Positions 29,057 to 39,223 of a DNA stretch of 64,000 nt are shown in pieces (within the stretch, counting starts at the first letter, position 1; each line of letters begins with the position of its first letter). The DNA comes from an uncultured Magnetococcales bacterium (GTDB lineage Bacteria > Pseudomonadota > Alphaproteobacteria > UBA2136): contig CAXBBG010000001.1 of NCBI GenBank assembly GCA_963974105.1, positions 445,256 to 509,255 on the forward strand. The letters are read 5' to 3'. Both the position numbers and the translations under genes were made by a program. The notes below the pieces were generated by a model. The model was not told where the DNA came from. It made no database searches and saw only the letters and a program-made list of their open reading frames with translations.

Positions 29057-29116
29057 TAGCACTCGCTGCATGTAAGTGCTAAAAAAGTTCTGGCACTTTG
29101 TTGAAAAGAGTGCTAA
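29057..29116 (+). promoter_or_regulatory. Two tandem CIRCE-like HrcA operators upstream of hrcA
   Basis: TTAGCACTC-N9-AAGTGCTAA (29057-29083; one mismatch to the TTAGCACTC-N9-GAGTGCTAA consensus) and CTGGCACTT-N9-GAGTGCTAA (29090-29116; perfect right arm, degenerate left arm). Confidence 0.75.
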
Positions 29117-29162
29117 AGTCCCCTATATTAAAATTATAAACATAACTTAGAGGAGGGGTTTT

Positions 29163-30242
29163 ATGGTTGTTGAGCTTTCAGATCGTTCGCGTGTCGTCTT
29201 AAGCGATATCGTTGATATTTACACTGAAACAGGCCAACCTGTGGGTTCTAAGGCGCTTTGTGAAAGATCTAAACTTGACCTTTCAGCGGCTTCCTTGCGT
29301 AATGTTATGTCTGACTTAGAAAAAAATGGCTATTTGGAAAGTTTGCACACTTCAGGTGGGCGTGCGCCTACAGAAGCAGGTTTTCGTTATTACACACAAA
29401 GTATGGTTGAAGTGCAAGAAGACTTGATTGGAGATGATTTAAAGGCGCAAATTTTAGCGCGTATTTCTGATGAGAAATCTTTGAAAGAAACAATTGATGA
29501 CCTTTCTATGTTTTTAGGGGAAATGACAGCCTGTACAGGTGTTGTAACTGCGCCTAAGTTTGATATGGAAACTTTAGATCAATTAGAGTTTTTACGTTTA
29601 AGTGGTGACCGTGTGCTGGCAATTATGGTGACAAAGAGCGGTGAAATTGAAAACCGCATTATTCACGTACCTGCCGATATTTCTATTGAAAAATTAAATG
29701 AGAGTTCAAAGCATTTACGCGAAGTTGTGGGTGGTAAAACCCTTTCAGACGCACGTGTTCTTATGATGCAGGAATTGATGGAACATAAAAATCATGTGGA
29801 TAACATGATGGATGAAATGATGCAGGTTGCAGACGAGTGGGCAGAGCCTAAAGCTACGGATACAGCATTGGTTGTTTCAGGCACACAAAACTTGTTCCAA
29901 TATCCAGAACTTGTGCGCGACCAACTTAAAAGCTTGTTCAAAGCTTTTGAAGAAAAACGCATGTTAATGGCCTTAATGAATGAAGTTTCTAAAGGTGAAG
30001 GCGTGCAGATTTTTGTAGGCACTGATTGCGGTATGCAAGATGTAAGTAGTTGCTCAATGGTGAGCACTTCTTACGGCAGTGCCGATAAAACAATTGTAGG
30101 GACGCTTGGGGTTGTTGGTCCGATGCGTATGAATTATAAAAGAGCGGTTCAGCTTGTTGACTATACAGGGAAAGTTCTCAGTAAAGTTATTGAAAAGCGT
30201 GGATTAGAGATAAGTCATCCGATGACTGAAATAAAAGGATAG
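29163..30242 (+). CDS. hrcA: Heat-inducible transcription repressor HrcA
   Basis: N-terminal winged helix (VLSDIVDIYTETGQPVGSKAL) and HrcA C-terminal domain at typical length, located upstream of grpE. Confidence 0.9.
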   Translation: MVVELSDRSRVVLSDIVDIYTETGQPVGSKALCERSKLDLSAASLRNVMSDLEKNGYLESLHTSGGRAPTEAGFRYYTQSMVEVQEDLIGDDLKAQILARISDEKSLKETIDDLSMFLGEMTACTGVVTAPKFDMETLDQLEFLRLSGDRVLAIMVTKSGEIENRIIHVPADISIEKLNESSKHLREVVGGKTLSDARVLMMQELMEHKNHVDNMMDEMMQVADEWAEPKATDTALVVSGTQNLFQYPELVRDQLKSLFKAFEEKRMLMALMNEVSKGEGVQIFVGTDCGMQDVSSCSMVSTSYGSADKTIVGTLGVVGPMRMNYKRAVQLVDYTGKVLSKVIEKRGLEISHPMTEIKG

Positions 30243-30246
30243 ATAA

Positions 30247-30813
30247 ATGAATACTGAAAACACAGTAGAAAATGAAGTAACTGAAGAAGTTGTTCAAGCA
30301 GAAGACAATGTTGTTGATATGCAAGAAACGAAAGAAGAAGTTTCTGAGTTTGATAAAGTGACAGCAGAGCGTGACGAGTGGAAAGATAAATCTTACCGCC
30401 TTGCAGCTGAAATGGAAAACCTAAAAAAACGTGGCGCTAAAGAAATTTCAGACGCACGTAAATATGGTGTATCAAACTTTGCGCGTGAATTATTAGATGT
30501 TCAAGATAATTTAGAGCGCGCCATTTCTGTCCTTGAAGGGGCAGATGTGGAAGAAGATAAATTGAAGCCACTTGTTGAGGGGGTTTCGATGGTAAAAGGT
30601 CAGCTTGAAAAAGCTTTTGACCGTATGAGTATTAAAAAGGTTGAATGTATGGGTGAAAAGTTAAACCCAGAGCTGCACCAAGCGGTGATGCAGGTTCCAA
30701 GTGAGGAAGCTGCGGGCACGGTGGTTCAAGAAATTCAACCTGGTTACACAATTTCAGACCGTTTACTACGCCCCGCAATGGTTGGCGTGGCAACAAAACT
30801 AGAAACAGCGTAA
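30247..30813 (+). CDS. grpE: Nucleotide exchange factor GrpE
   Basis: Acidic N-terminus, long helix (RLAAEMENLKKR) and C-terminal beta domain; located upstream of dnaK. Confidence 0.9.
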   Translation: MNTENTVENEVTEEVVQAEDNVVDMQETKEEVSEFDKVTAERDEWKDKSYRLAAEMENLKKRGAKEISDARKYGVSNFARELLDVQDNLERAISVLEGADVEEDKLKPLVEGVSMVKGQLEKAFDRMSIKKVECMGEKLNPELHQAVMQVPSEEAAGTVVQEIQPGYTISDRLLRPAMVGVATKLETA

Positions 30814-30843
30814 AACATAAAAGTATAAATAGGAGAAGTAAAA

Positions 30844-32778
30844 ATGGCTAAAGTAATTGGTATTGACCTTGGTACAACAAACTCATGTGTTGCGATCATG
30901 GATGGTAAAAACACGAAAGTAATTGAAAACGCAGAAGGCGCACGCACAACACCTTCTATTGTGGCTTATACAGAAGATGATGAGCGTCTTGTTGGTATGC
31001 CTGCTAAGCGTCAAGGTGTTACAAACCCAGAAAACACATTGTTCGCTATTAAGCGTTTAATTGGCCGTACAGCGAATGACCCAATGGTGGCAAAAGACAA
31101 AGAATTGATGCCTTACAAAATTGTAGAATCTGACAATGGTGATGCATGGGTTGAAGTGCACGGTAAAAAAATGTCTCCTTCAGAAGTTTCAGCGGCGATT
31201 CTTCAAAAAATGAAGAAAACAGCAGAAGATTATTTAGGTGAAACAGTAACAGATGCGGTTGTAACTGTACCTGCTTACTTTAATGATGCACAGCGCCAAG
31301 CAACAAAAGATGCTGGTAAAATTGCAGGTCTAAACGTTTTGCGTTTGGTAAACGAGCCAACAGCTGCAGCACTTGCTTATGGTCTTTCTGAGAGTGATGA
31401 TACAACAAAAACAGTTGTTGTTTATGACCTTGGTGGCGGTACATTTGACGTGTCTGTTTTAGAAATTGGTGACGGTGTTGTTGAAGTTAAAGCAACAAAT
31501 GGTGACACATTCTTAGGTGGTGAAGACTTTGACTCACTTATTATTGACTATCTAGCAAAAGAATTTGAAAAAGAAACAAGCATTAACTTACGTGGTGATA
31601 AGCTTGCGCTTCAACGTCTAAAAGACGAAGCTGAAAAAGCGAAGAAAGAACTTTCTTCTGCAACAACAACAGAAGTTAACCTTCCGTTTATTACAGCAGA
31701 TGCAACAGGTCCAAAACACCTTAATGTTAAGTTGACACGTGCGAAGTTAGAAGAACTTGTTGGTGACCTTGTACGTAAATCTATCGAACCATGTAAAACA
31801 GCGATGAAAGATGCAGGCGTAACAAACGCAGACATCAGCGAAGTTATCTTGGTTGGTGGTCAAACACGTATGCCTATGGTTCAAGCTGAAGTTGAGAAAT
31901 TCTTCGGCAAAGCGCCACATAAAGGTGTAAACCCTGATGAAGTTGTTGCTTGTGGTGCTGCTATTCAAGCAGGTATTCTTCAAGGTGATGTTAAAGACGT
32001 TCTTCTTTTAGATGTAACACCTCTATCACTTGGTATTGAAACTTTGGGTGGTGTGTTTACACGTTTAATCGACCGTAACACAACAATTCCAACGAAAAAA
32101 TCACAAGTATTTTCAACGGCAGAAGACAGTCAAAACGCTGTGACAATTCGTGTGTTCCAAGGTGAGCGCCCGATGGCTGCTGATAACAAGATTCTTGGAC
32201 AGTTTGACCTTGTTGGTCTACCTGCTGCCCCGCGCGGTGTGCCTCAGATTGAAGTAACTTTTGATATTGATGCAAACGGTCTTGTGCATGTAACAGCTAA
32301 AGATAAAGGTACAGGTAAAGAACAGCAAATCCGCATCCAAGCGTCTGGTGGTCTAAATGATGACGATATCGAGCGTATGGTGAAAGAAGCTGAAGAAAAT
32401 GCTGATGCCGATAAAGTGCTTAAAGAAAAAGTAGATGCGCGCAACCAAGGTGAAGCAATGGTTCACTCTGTGCGTAAAACTTTGGAAGAAAACAAAGCGC
32501 TTGCTTCAGACGAAGATGCAAAAGCAATTGAAGATGCAGCAAAAGACTTGGAAACGCTTCTTGAAGATGAAAATGCTTCAGTTGAAGACATAAAAGCGAA
32601 GACTGAAACGCTTACTCAAGCATCTATGAAGCTTGGTGAAGCAATCTACGCAAAACAACAAGCAGATGCAGGTGATGCGGCTCAAGGTGCTGGTGCAGAA
32701 TCTAAAGCGGATGACAATGTTGTTGATGCTGAGTTTGAAGAAGTAAAAGACGAAAAAGATGGTGAGAAATCAGCGTAA
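30844..32778 (+). CDS. dnaK: Chaperone DnaK (Hsp70)
   Basis: Hsp70 signatures [12 protein letters not shown] and [14 protein letters not shown], plus a full substrate-binding domain and lid. Confidence 0.98.
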   Translation: MAKVIGIDLGTTNSCVAIMDGKNTKVIENAEGARTTPSIVAYTEDDERLVGMPAKRQGVTNPENTLFAIKRLIGRTANDPMVAKDKELMPYKIVESDNGDAWVEVHGKKMSPSEVSAAILQKMKKTAEDYLGETVTDAVVTVPAYFNDAQRQATKDAGKIAGLNVLRLVNEPTAAALAYGLSESDDTTKTVVVYDLGGGTFDVSVLEIGDGVVEVKATNGDTFLGGEDFDSLIIDYLAKEFEKETSINLRGDKLALQRLKDEAEKAKKELSSATTTEVNLPFITADATGPKHLNVKLTRAKLEELVGDLVRKSIEPCKTAMKDAGVTNADISEVILVGGQTRMPMVQAEVEKFFGKAPHKGVNPDEVVACGAAIQAGILQGDVKDVLLLDVTPLSLGIETLGGVFTRLIDRNTTIPTKKSQVFSTAEDSQNAVTIRVFQGERPMAADNKILGQFDLVGLPAAPRGVPQIEVTFDIDANGLVHVTAKDKGTGKEQQIRIQASGGLNDDDIERMVKEAEENADADKVLKEKVDARNQGEAMVHSVRKTLEENKALASDEDAKAIEDAAKDLETLLEDENASVEDIKAKTETLTQASMKLGEAIYAKQQADAGDAAQGAGAESKADDNVVDAEFEEVKDEKDGEKSA

Positions 32779-32925
32779 TTTGTCTTAATTTGCAAAGTTG
32801 GGCTTGTTATTTAGATTAAGGTATACTATTTTGTAAATACAGTATACAGGTTATCTTATGATAAATGACAAGTTCAATTAAGTAATGGTTTAATTTTAAA
32901 CTATTGGTGAGTAAAGGTTTTAGTT

Positions 32926-33273
32926 ATGCGTTTGTTAGGTGTTTTTGTTTTAGTTGTGATGATTTTTTTAGCTCCTGCGGCATTTGCACGCAATGGCTCT
33001 AACTATCAAATGTACAGTTATGGCAGCCACGGTAACTCAAATTACAATGCTTATAGCTATAGCGGTAATGGCTCTTCTAATTACAAGGGTTATAATGCCA
33101 GATCTTATGGGCGTCATGGCTCTGCAGGTCGTAACTATTGGCGTGGTAATTATTCTACAAATCGCTATAACGATCCAACAGCCTATCGTATTGTTTATGT
33201 TAACAAGCCAAACCCGCCAATGCCATCCGGTAACTATGGACGTGCTGCAAATCGCGTACGTGTGAGTTACTAA
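32926..33273 (+). CDS. Small secreted low-complexity Asn/Tyr/Gly/Ser/Arg-rich protein inserted between dnaK and dnaJ
   Basis: Signal peptide [21 protein letters not shown], then [40 protein letters not shown]... (no Cys). It has its own upstream inverted repeat GTATACT-N13-AGTATAC at 32821-32847. Confidence 0.45.
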   Translation: MRLLGVFVLVVMIFLAPAAFARNGSNYQMYSYGSHGNSNYNAYSYSGNGSSNYKGYNARSYGRHGSAGRNYWRGNYSTNRYNDPTAYRIVYVNKPNPPMPSGNYGRAANRVRVSY

Positions 33274-33293
33274 ACTTAAAGGAAAATATTTTC

Positions 33294-34433
33294 ATGTCTA
33301 AACGTGATTATTATGAAGTACTCGGTGTTCCAAAAGGTTCAGACGATGCCGCTTTAAAAAAAGCGTATCGCACCCAAGCAATGAAATACCACCCAGACAG
33401 AAACCCTGACGACAAAGAAGCTGAGGCTAAATTTAAAGAAGTAGGTGAGGCCTATGAAGCTTTAAAAGACCCACAAAAACGTAGTGCTTATGACCAGTTT
33501 GGTCATGCGGCATTTGAAAATGGCGGCGGCGGTGCTGGCGGCGGTTTTGGCGGTTTCGGCGGCGGTTCTGGCGGTTTTGGTGGGCATGACTTTAGCGACA
33601 TGTTTGAGGAGATGTTTAACGGCGGTGGGCGTGGTCGTACACGTGCAACCCGTGGTGATGACTTACGTTATAACCTTTCTGTTACACTTGAAGAGGCTTA
33701 TAGCGGTAAAGCTGTGCAGGTTAAAATACCAACAACAGTAGCTTGTGAAACGTGTGTGGGCAGTGGCGCCAAAAAAGGTAGCCAGCCTAAAACATGTGGT
33801 ACATGTGGTGGGCGTGGTGAAGTACGTGTTCAGCAAGGTTTCTTTGCAATGACACGCACCTGTGCATCTTGTCATGGACGTGGTCAAATTATTACAGATC
33901 CATGTAACACGTGTCATGGTAATGGTACTGTGAAGAAAGAAAAAACACTTTCTGTTAACATTCCAAAAGGTGTGGACGAAGGTACGCGTATCCGTGTGAG
34001 CGGTGAAGGTGCTGCAGGTGAAAATGGTGCGCCAAGTGGCGATCTGTATATTTTCATTCAACAAAAACCACATCAACTCTTTACCCGTGAAGGGCCGCAT
34101 ATTCTATTAGATATGCCAATTGACTTCGTGGAAGCAACTTTGGGTGGGTCTTTAGAGGTTCCAACGGTAGATGGTAAGAAAGCTTTGCTTAAAATACCAG
34201 AAGGTACGCAAAGTGGCACGCAGTTCCGTTTACGTGGCAAGGGTATGCCTGTGACAAATGGTAGTCAATATGGTGATATGTTTGTGAACTTAACGGTAGA
34301 AGTTCCAAGTAAGCTTTCTAAAAAGCAGAAGGAAATTTTGCGTCAGTTTAAGAATGAATATACAGGACGTAATCACCCTGAGCAGGACGGTTTCTTTAAA
34401 AAGGCGTCAAAGTTTTGGGGGCTTGCTTCTTAA
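33294..34433 (+). CDS. dnaJ: Chaperone DnaJ
   Basis: J domain with HPD ([10 protein letters not shown]), a Gly/Phe-rich linker, four CxxCxGxG zinc repeats and the C-terminal domain. Confidence 0.95.
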   Translation: MSKRDYYEVLGVPKGSDDAALKKAYRTQAMKYHPDRNPDDKEAEAKFKEVGEAYEALKDPQKRSAYDQFGHAAFENGGGGAGGGFGGFGGGSGGFGGHDFSDMFEEMFNGGGRGRTRATRGDDLRYNLSVTLEEAYSGKAVQVKIPTTVACETCVGSGAKKGSQPKTCGTCGGRGEVRVQQGFFAMTRTCASCHGRGQIITDPCNTCHGNGTVKKEKTLSVNIPKGVDEGTRIRVSGEGAAGENGAPSGDLYIFIQQKPHQLFTREGPHILLDMPIDFVEATLGGSLEVPTVDGKKALLKIPEGTQSGTQFRLRGKGMPVTNGSQYGDMFVNLTVEVPSKLSKKQKEILRQFKNEYTGRNHPEQDGFFKKASKFWGLAS

Positions 34434-34472
34434 ACTCTTTTTCAATGAGGTTTTAAATATTTTAGTTTCGTC

Positions 34473-34505
34473 AACGCCTAGGTCAACCTAGGCGTTGGTT
34501 TTGCT
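34473..34505 (+). terminator. Rho-independent terminator after dnaJ
   Basis: CAACGCCTAGG-TCAA-CCTAGGCGTTG (11-bp stem) followed by GTTTTG. Confidence 0.65.
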
Positions 34506-34850
34506 ATAACATTTATACCTCTCATTAGATTTGAGTTGGTGGGTTGGCCTTTTTTTACGGGTTATATTTGTAAAAAAAGCCCCCATAAATGGAGGCTTTA
34601 AAAGCAGAGCTTATCTTATTAACCACACCCAATAAGGTAATAAGTAAACTGTTGAGTAAAGAAATTTATAATGTACCTAGCTCGTGGGATATATTCAATG
34701 CAGAAGTTGTTTTTGGTTCTTACATAAAATTATCACTAAAGTACGAAATATTGTTCTTGTTTTTACTGCTACAATATCAATGCTAACAAACTCATGGTTG
34801 TACTGTCAAATTAAAATTGCCTATTTTTTAATCATATGATGTTTTAACAG

Positions 34851-35501
34851 TTAGTTTTTAGAGGTAGGGTTTATTTTTTCTTTAAATTGACATAAGTTGT
34901 ATACAGGGCAGTTGGCGCAGTCGGGCTTGCGGGCTTTGCAAATATAACGACCGTGTAGAATAAGCCAGTGATGGGCGTCTTTAAGGAAAACTGGTGGTAT
35001 TTTTTTTGGTAATTTGTCCATCATTTGGTCGGGGGTTTTTGCTTTGCAAATACCCATACGGTTTGCCACACGGAGTATGTGGGTATCCACCGCAAGTGTT
35101 GGTTCGCCAAATGCAATGTTACGTACAACGTTTGCCGTTTTACGCCCCACGCCTGGTAAGGCCTCAAGGGCGGTTTGGTCGTTTGGTACAATTCCACCAT
35201 GATTTTCCACAAGCATTTTAGCAGCGGCGATTACATTTTTAGCTTTGGTTTTATAAAGACCGATAGACTTCACATATTCAATAAGCCCTTCTTCGCCAAG
35301 GTCTAACATTTGTTGTGGTGTCGTTACCTTTTTAAAAAGAGGTCCTGTTGCTTTGTTCACGCCAATATCAGTCGCTTGCGCACTCAACGCAACCGCTACT
35401 AAAAATGTATAATCATTCACAGAATTAAGCTCACCTTTTGGCTCAGGGTTTAGGTGGTGAAAGGTGATAAAAAGTTCTTCTACTTGTTTTTTTGTTAGCA
35501 A
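34851..35501 (-). CDS. nth: Endonuclease III
   Basis: HhH-GPD fold with LPGVGRKTANVV and the C-terminal [4Fe-4S] ligands CKARKPDCANCPVYNLC. Confidence 0.9.
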   Translation of the reverse strand: MLTKKQVEELFITFHHLNPEPKGELNSVNDYTFLVAVALSAQATDIGVNKATGPLFKKVTTPQQMLDLGEEGLIEYVKSIGLYKTKAKNVIAAAKMLVENHGGIVPNDQTALEALPGVGRKTANVVRNIAFGEPTLAVDTHILRVANRMGICKAKTPDQMMDKLPKKIPPVFLKDAHHWLILHGRYICKARKPDCANCPVYNLCQFKEKINPTSKN

Positions 35502-35503
35502 CG

Positions 35504-35905
35504 TTATTTTCCTAAATATATACTGACAAAGGGCGTAAGATCTCGCCCTAAAATGTCAGATTTATTTTTCCATACAGTTTTAGATGATTCTTGGTATGCA
35601 ATTTTTGCATGATATAAAATACCAATATGGCGTAAAACATGCTCTATGCTACCCTCTTGGTATTCATAGAGACTGCTCATTGTTTTATACTGTTTACAGC
35701 CATCAATATCCTGATTTGTTTCTGTGCGTACCACACGTACTAAGGCTTGTTCGAGTATTTCTTGTTCTGTAATTGTGCCACCAGGAAAGTCATAAAGACC
35801 TTTGTAAGGGCCTGATGTGCGTTCTTTTAAGAGGATTTTCTCATCGCAAGAGCTTTCAATAATAGCATAAACACCTAAAAGCGTTTTATATACAGGTGTG
35901 CGCAT
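35504..35905 (-). CDS. Nudix-family hydrolase with degenerate Nudix box
   Basis: Nudix-like N-terminal beta strands (VYAIIE...EKILLKER), then PGGTITEQEILEQALVRVVRTETN, which matches Gx5Ex7 but has RVVRTE in place of REUxEE. The track ORF extends to 36073 and overlaps the upstream gene; the Met at 35905 is the more plausible start. Confidence 0.45.
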   Translation of the reverse strand: MRTPVYKTLLGVYAIIESSCDEKILLKERTSGPYKGLYDFPGGTITEQEILEQALVRVVRTETNQDIDGCKQYKTMSSLYEYQEGSIEHVLRHIGILYHAKIAYQESSKTVWKNKSDILGRDLTPFVSIYLGK

Positions 35906-35963
35906 GCTCAAGCCCTTTTGTTTGTTATTTAACTCTACGTAAGGTGCGTTGTGGCCGACGAGC

Positions 35964-36947
35964 CTAGTTTTTATGCCATGTTTTATACCATGAAGCAAAG
36001 GCGCGTAAGCCATCTTCAAGGTCAGTATTTGGTTTATATCCAACGGCTGCTTCAAGTTTTTTAGTCGACGCATAGGTTTGATAAACTTCTGTTGGCGGCC
36101 AAGGCTGCAGGTCTAAAATAGCCTCTTTACCCAAAACTTTTTCCATGGTTTTAATGTATTCTAACAACTGCACAGGCTTACTGTTACCGATATTATAAAT
36201 TTCAGCAGGGATATCGAGCGTTGGTATGTGCCATAAAAGCCTAGTTACACCTTCTACAATATCGCCAACATATGTAAAATCACGCCATAAGTCGCCGTGG
36301 TTATAGACTTTAATTGGGTTGCCATTTAATATATTTTTAGCAAAAAGCATGGGGCTCATGTCAGGGCGGCCCCACTCACCATAAACTGTAAAGAAGCGTA
36401 AGCCACTACAGTTTAATTTAAACAAGTTGGCATATGTATGCGCCATCAGCTCGTTAGAACGCTTTGAGGCGGCGTATAAACTACGTGGATCGCATACTTC
36501 ATCCGTTTCTTCAAACGGTGTTTTTTCGTTACCGCCATAAACAGAGGATGAAGATGCATAAACAAGATGCTCAAACCCAAATTCACCTTCTTTAAGGTAA
36601 CGACAACATTCAAGCACATTCACAAAGCCAACCATATTGCTTTGCGCATAACTACCTGGATTTTCTAGGCTGTAACGTACACCGGCTTGTGCGGCTAAGT
36701 TTATGACATGGCTTGGTTTGTATTGCTCAAAGACAGCCTTTAATGCGTCCATGTTTGCAATATCAACCTTGTGAAAGTGAAAGTTATTATGTTCTAAGCG
36801 CTCCAGGCGTGCTTTTTTAAGAGATACGTCGTAATAGTCGTTGAGACAATCAACGCCGATGACAGTATGTCCTTCGCTTAAGAGTTTAAGAGATGTTGCG
36901 CATCCAATAAACCCAGCCGCACCTGTAATAAGAACCACCTTAGACAT
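35964..36947 (-). CDS. UDP-glucuronate 4-epimerase (NAD-dependent SDR; Gla/Cap1J/WbnF-like)
   Basis: MSKVVLITGAAGFIGCATSLKLL...NDYYDVSLKKARLERL...NLAAQAGVRYSLENP closely matches known UDP-GlcA 4-epimerases. The start ATG overlaps the ugd stop. Confidence 0.8.
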   Translation of the reverse strand: MSKVVLITGAAGFIGCATSLKLLSEGHTVIGVDCLNDYYDVSLKKARLERLEHNNFHFHKVDIANMDALKAVFEQYKPSHVINLAAQAGVRYSLENPGSYAQSNMVGFVNVLECCRYLKEGEFGFEHLVYASSSSVYGGNEKTPFEETDEVCDPRSLYAASKRSNELMAHTYANLFKLNCSGLRFFTVYGEWGRPDMSPMLFAKNILNGNPIKVYNHGDLWRDFTYVGDIVEGVTRLLWHIPTLDIPAEIYNIGNSKPVQLLEYIKTMEKVLGKEAILDLQPWPPTEVYQTYASTKKLEAAVGYKPNTDLEDGLRAFASWYKTWHKN

Positions 36948-38290
36948 TAAGCTACCTTTTCAGAGTTGTTTTGATTTAAAACACGTGGGCGGCCAATGCA
37001 AACGTAGTTAATACCTTTTTTCGCCATTTCTTCAGGGTCAAACAAGTTGCGTAAGTCTACAATTGTATTGGTTGTTGTAGAGGCTGCAACCGCACCTGTA
37101 TCCATTTCTTTAAACTCTGCCCATTCTGTTAAAATAAGCGCTATGTCTGCACCTTCTAAGGCTTCGTCTTTACTGTCTACAACGTTTAAGCTTGGTAAAC
37201 GCCATGTTGCTTGTTCTTTCGCTTCTGGGTCATAAGCTTTAAGAATAGCACCCTCTTTTTCAAGTTCAGATAAAATAGTAAGGGACGGCGCATCACGCAT
37301 GTCATCTGTATCTGCTTTAAAAGCTAAGCCTAAAACGGCAACTTTTTTACCTTTAACAGAGCCGCCCAGCGCACTAACTACTTTTGCAGCAAGGCGTTTT
37401 TTAATTTCTTCATTGGCTTTTATGGTTTGTTCAACAACCGTTTGCTTGATGCCTGATTCTACACCTTGGAAGGCAAGCGCGTTTGTATCCTTAGGAAAAC
37501 ATGAACCACCGTAACCAGGGCCAGGTTGTAAGAATTTTGAACCAATACGACTATCAAGGCCAATACCCTTACTTACATTCATCACGTCGGCGCCTACTTT
37601 TTCACATAGAGCAGCGATTTCGTTTATAAAGGTAATTTTTGTAGCAAGGAAGGCATTGGCAGCGTATTTAATAAGCTCAGAAGATTCACGGTTTGTAATG
37701 AGAAGTGTGTAACCTTCATCTGTTTGTGGCTTGTAAATAGCGCGCATAATATTAGCTGATTTTTCATTCGGGCAACCAACAACAATACGGTCAGGTTTCA
37801 TAAAGTCATCAAGGGCAGCACCTTCACGCAAAAATTCGGGGTTTGAACAAACGTCAAATTCAGCATCAGTTACTTCTTTCATACGTGCTTCAACGCGTAC
37901 ACCTGTACCCACAGGAACAGTTGATTTATTTACAATAACAGTATAGCCCGTTAAGTATTTTGCAATATCTGCAGAGGCCTGTAAAACATACTGCATGTCT
38001 GCACTACCATCTTCGTCTTGTGGTGTGCCAACGGCAATAAAAACAGCGTCTGAATCTGGAATACATGTTGAGAGGTCTGTTGTAAAGTGCAGACGACCTG
38101 CCTTTTGGTTACGTGCAACCATTTCGTCAAGGCCTGGTTCATAAATTGGGATAATGTTTTCTTCTTTGAGTTTGCGGATTTTTTCTGCGTCAATGTCAAC
38201 GCAGGTTACATCCATACCCATTTCAGAGAAGCACGTGCCGCTGACTAGACCTACATAGCCTGTTCCAATTACTGTAATGCGTGGTGTCAT
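36947..38290 (-). CDS. ugd: UDP-glucose 6-dehydrogenase (nucleotide-sugar dehydrogenase family)
   Basis: ITVIGTGYVGLVSGTCFSEMG...IPIYEPGL, the catalytic Cys region GGSCFPKD, and the C-terminal UDP-binding domain. Confidence 0.85.
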   Translation of the reverse strand: MTPRITVIGTGYVGLVSGTCFSEMGMDVTCVDIDAEKIRKLKEENIIPIYEPGLDEMVARNQKAGRLHFTTDLSTCIPDSDAVFIAVGTPQDEDGSADMQYVLQASADIAKYLTGYTVIVNKSTVPVGTGVRVEARMKEVTDAEFDVCSNPEFLREGAALDDFMKPDRIVVGCPNEKSANIMRAIYKPQTDEGYTLLITNRESSELIKYAANAFLATKITFINEIAALCEKVGADVMNVSKGIGLDSRIGSKFLQPGPGYGGSCFPKDTNALAFQGVESGIKQTVVEQTIKANEEIKKRLAAKVVSALGGSVKGKKVAVLGLAFKADTDDMRDAPSLTILSELEKEGAILKAYDPEAKEQATWRLPSLNVVDSKDEALEGADIALILTEWAEFKEMDTGAVAASTTTNTIVDLRNLFDPEEMAKKGINYVCIGRPRVLNQNNSEKVA

Positions 38291-38323
38291 GTGTTTATTC
38301 CTTATTTCGTAATGTTCTAAAAG

Positions 38324-39205
38324 TTATAGACCAAGTTTTTTGATGTAATCTTTAAGCAGTGGTCCAATATATTTATCTTTAAGGGCGAAGTATATGTTAG
38401 CTTGTTGAAAGCCAACTTTATCACCACAGTCAAAGCGTTGACCGTTTAAAATATAACCGTAAAATGCTTCTTTTTGAAGCAATGAGTCCATGGCATCTGT
38501 CAGTTGAATTTCGCCACCATGACCAGGTTTTGTTGTTTCTAGTTCTTTAAAGATACTGGCATTAAAAACGTAACGCCCCGTTACCGCAAGTGTTGATGGT
38601 GCGTTTTCTGGTGCAGGTTTTTCAACAAAGCCATGCGCACGTACTTTACGACCATCAAGCTTTTCGTTTTTAATGTCTAAAATACCGTAATTTTTTGTAC
38701 GATCTTTTTCAACATTCATGGTTAGCACAACGTTACCGTTTGTGCGGTCGTGAATTTCTATCATTTTTTGTAGTGCATTTTCTTCGTCAGAGTAAATAAT
38801 ATCATCAGGAAGAAGGACAGCAAACGGTGCGTCGCCGATAATAGATTTAGCCTGTAAAACAGCATGGCCTAAACCTAAAGGTGCGCCTTGCCTTGTGTAA
38901 TAAGCACGGCAATGTGGCGGTAAGATACTTGTAACAGATTCGAGCTCTTTGAGTTTCCCTTTTTTTTCAAGCATGTCGACGAGTTCGTAAGGTTTATCGA
39001 AATGATTTTCAATAGCAGATTTACCACGGCCTGTTACAAAGACAAACTCTTCAATACCAGCTTCTAATGCCTCTTCAACAACGTACTGAATAATTGGTTT
39101 ATCAACCACAGTTAGCATTTCTTTTGGCATGGCTTTGGTTGCAGGTAGGAAGCGTGTTCCAAGCCCAGCTACTGGTAAAACGGCTATACGTACTTTTTGA
39201 CTCAT
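38324..39205 (-). CDS. galU: UTP--glucose-1-phosphate uridylyltransferase
   Basis: VAGLGTRFLPATKAMPKEML...DKPIIQY is the GalU signature. 293 aa. Confidence 0.85.
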   Translation of the reverse strand: MSQKVRIAVLPVAGLGTRFLPATKAMPKEMLTVVDKPIIQYVVEEALEAGIEEFVFVTGRGKSAIENHFDKPYELVDMLEKKGKLKELESVTSILPPHCRAYYTRQGAPLGLGHAVLQAKSIIGDAPFAVLLPDDIIYSDEENALQKMIEIHDRTNGNVVLTMNVEKDRTKNYGILDIKNEKLDGRKVRAHGFVEKPAPENAPSTLAVTGRYVFNASIFKELETTKPGHGGEIQLTDAMDSLLQKEAFYGYILNGQRFDCGDKVGFQQANIYFALKDKYIGPLLKDYIKKLGL

Positions 39206-39223
39206 TTCTAAATCCTTTTAATT

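Noticed and set aside
32984-33265. Alternate-frame 93-aa ORF within the small dnaK-dnaJ spacer gene
   Set aside because: It has no signal peptide or RBS of its own. The annotated frame has a canonical signal peptide and start context. I cannot fully exclude it without expression data.
33484-34100. ORFs overlapping dnaJ (33484..33741 plus strand in an alternate frame; 33663..34100 minus strand)
   Set aside because: They arise from the Gly-rich (GGC-repeat) linker and Cys-repeat region of dnaJ read in other frames. They are compositional artefacts.
34589-34786. 65-aa ORF in the dnaJ/nth intergenic region
   Set aside because: It has no Shine-Dalgarno and its Leu/Ile/Lys-rich composition matches AT-rich noncoding DNA. 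It is kept only as part of the noncoding-region finding.
35906-36073. Longer N-terminal version of the Nudix ORF overlapping the 3' end of the UDP-GlcA 4-epimerase gene by 110 nt
   Set aside because: A same-strand overlap of this size is implausible. The Nudix fold begins at the Met at 35905, which leaves a 58-nt gap.
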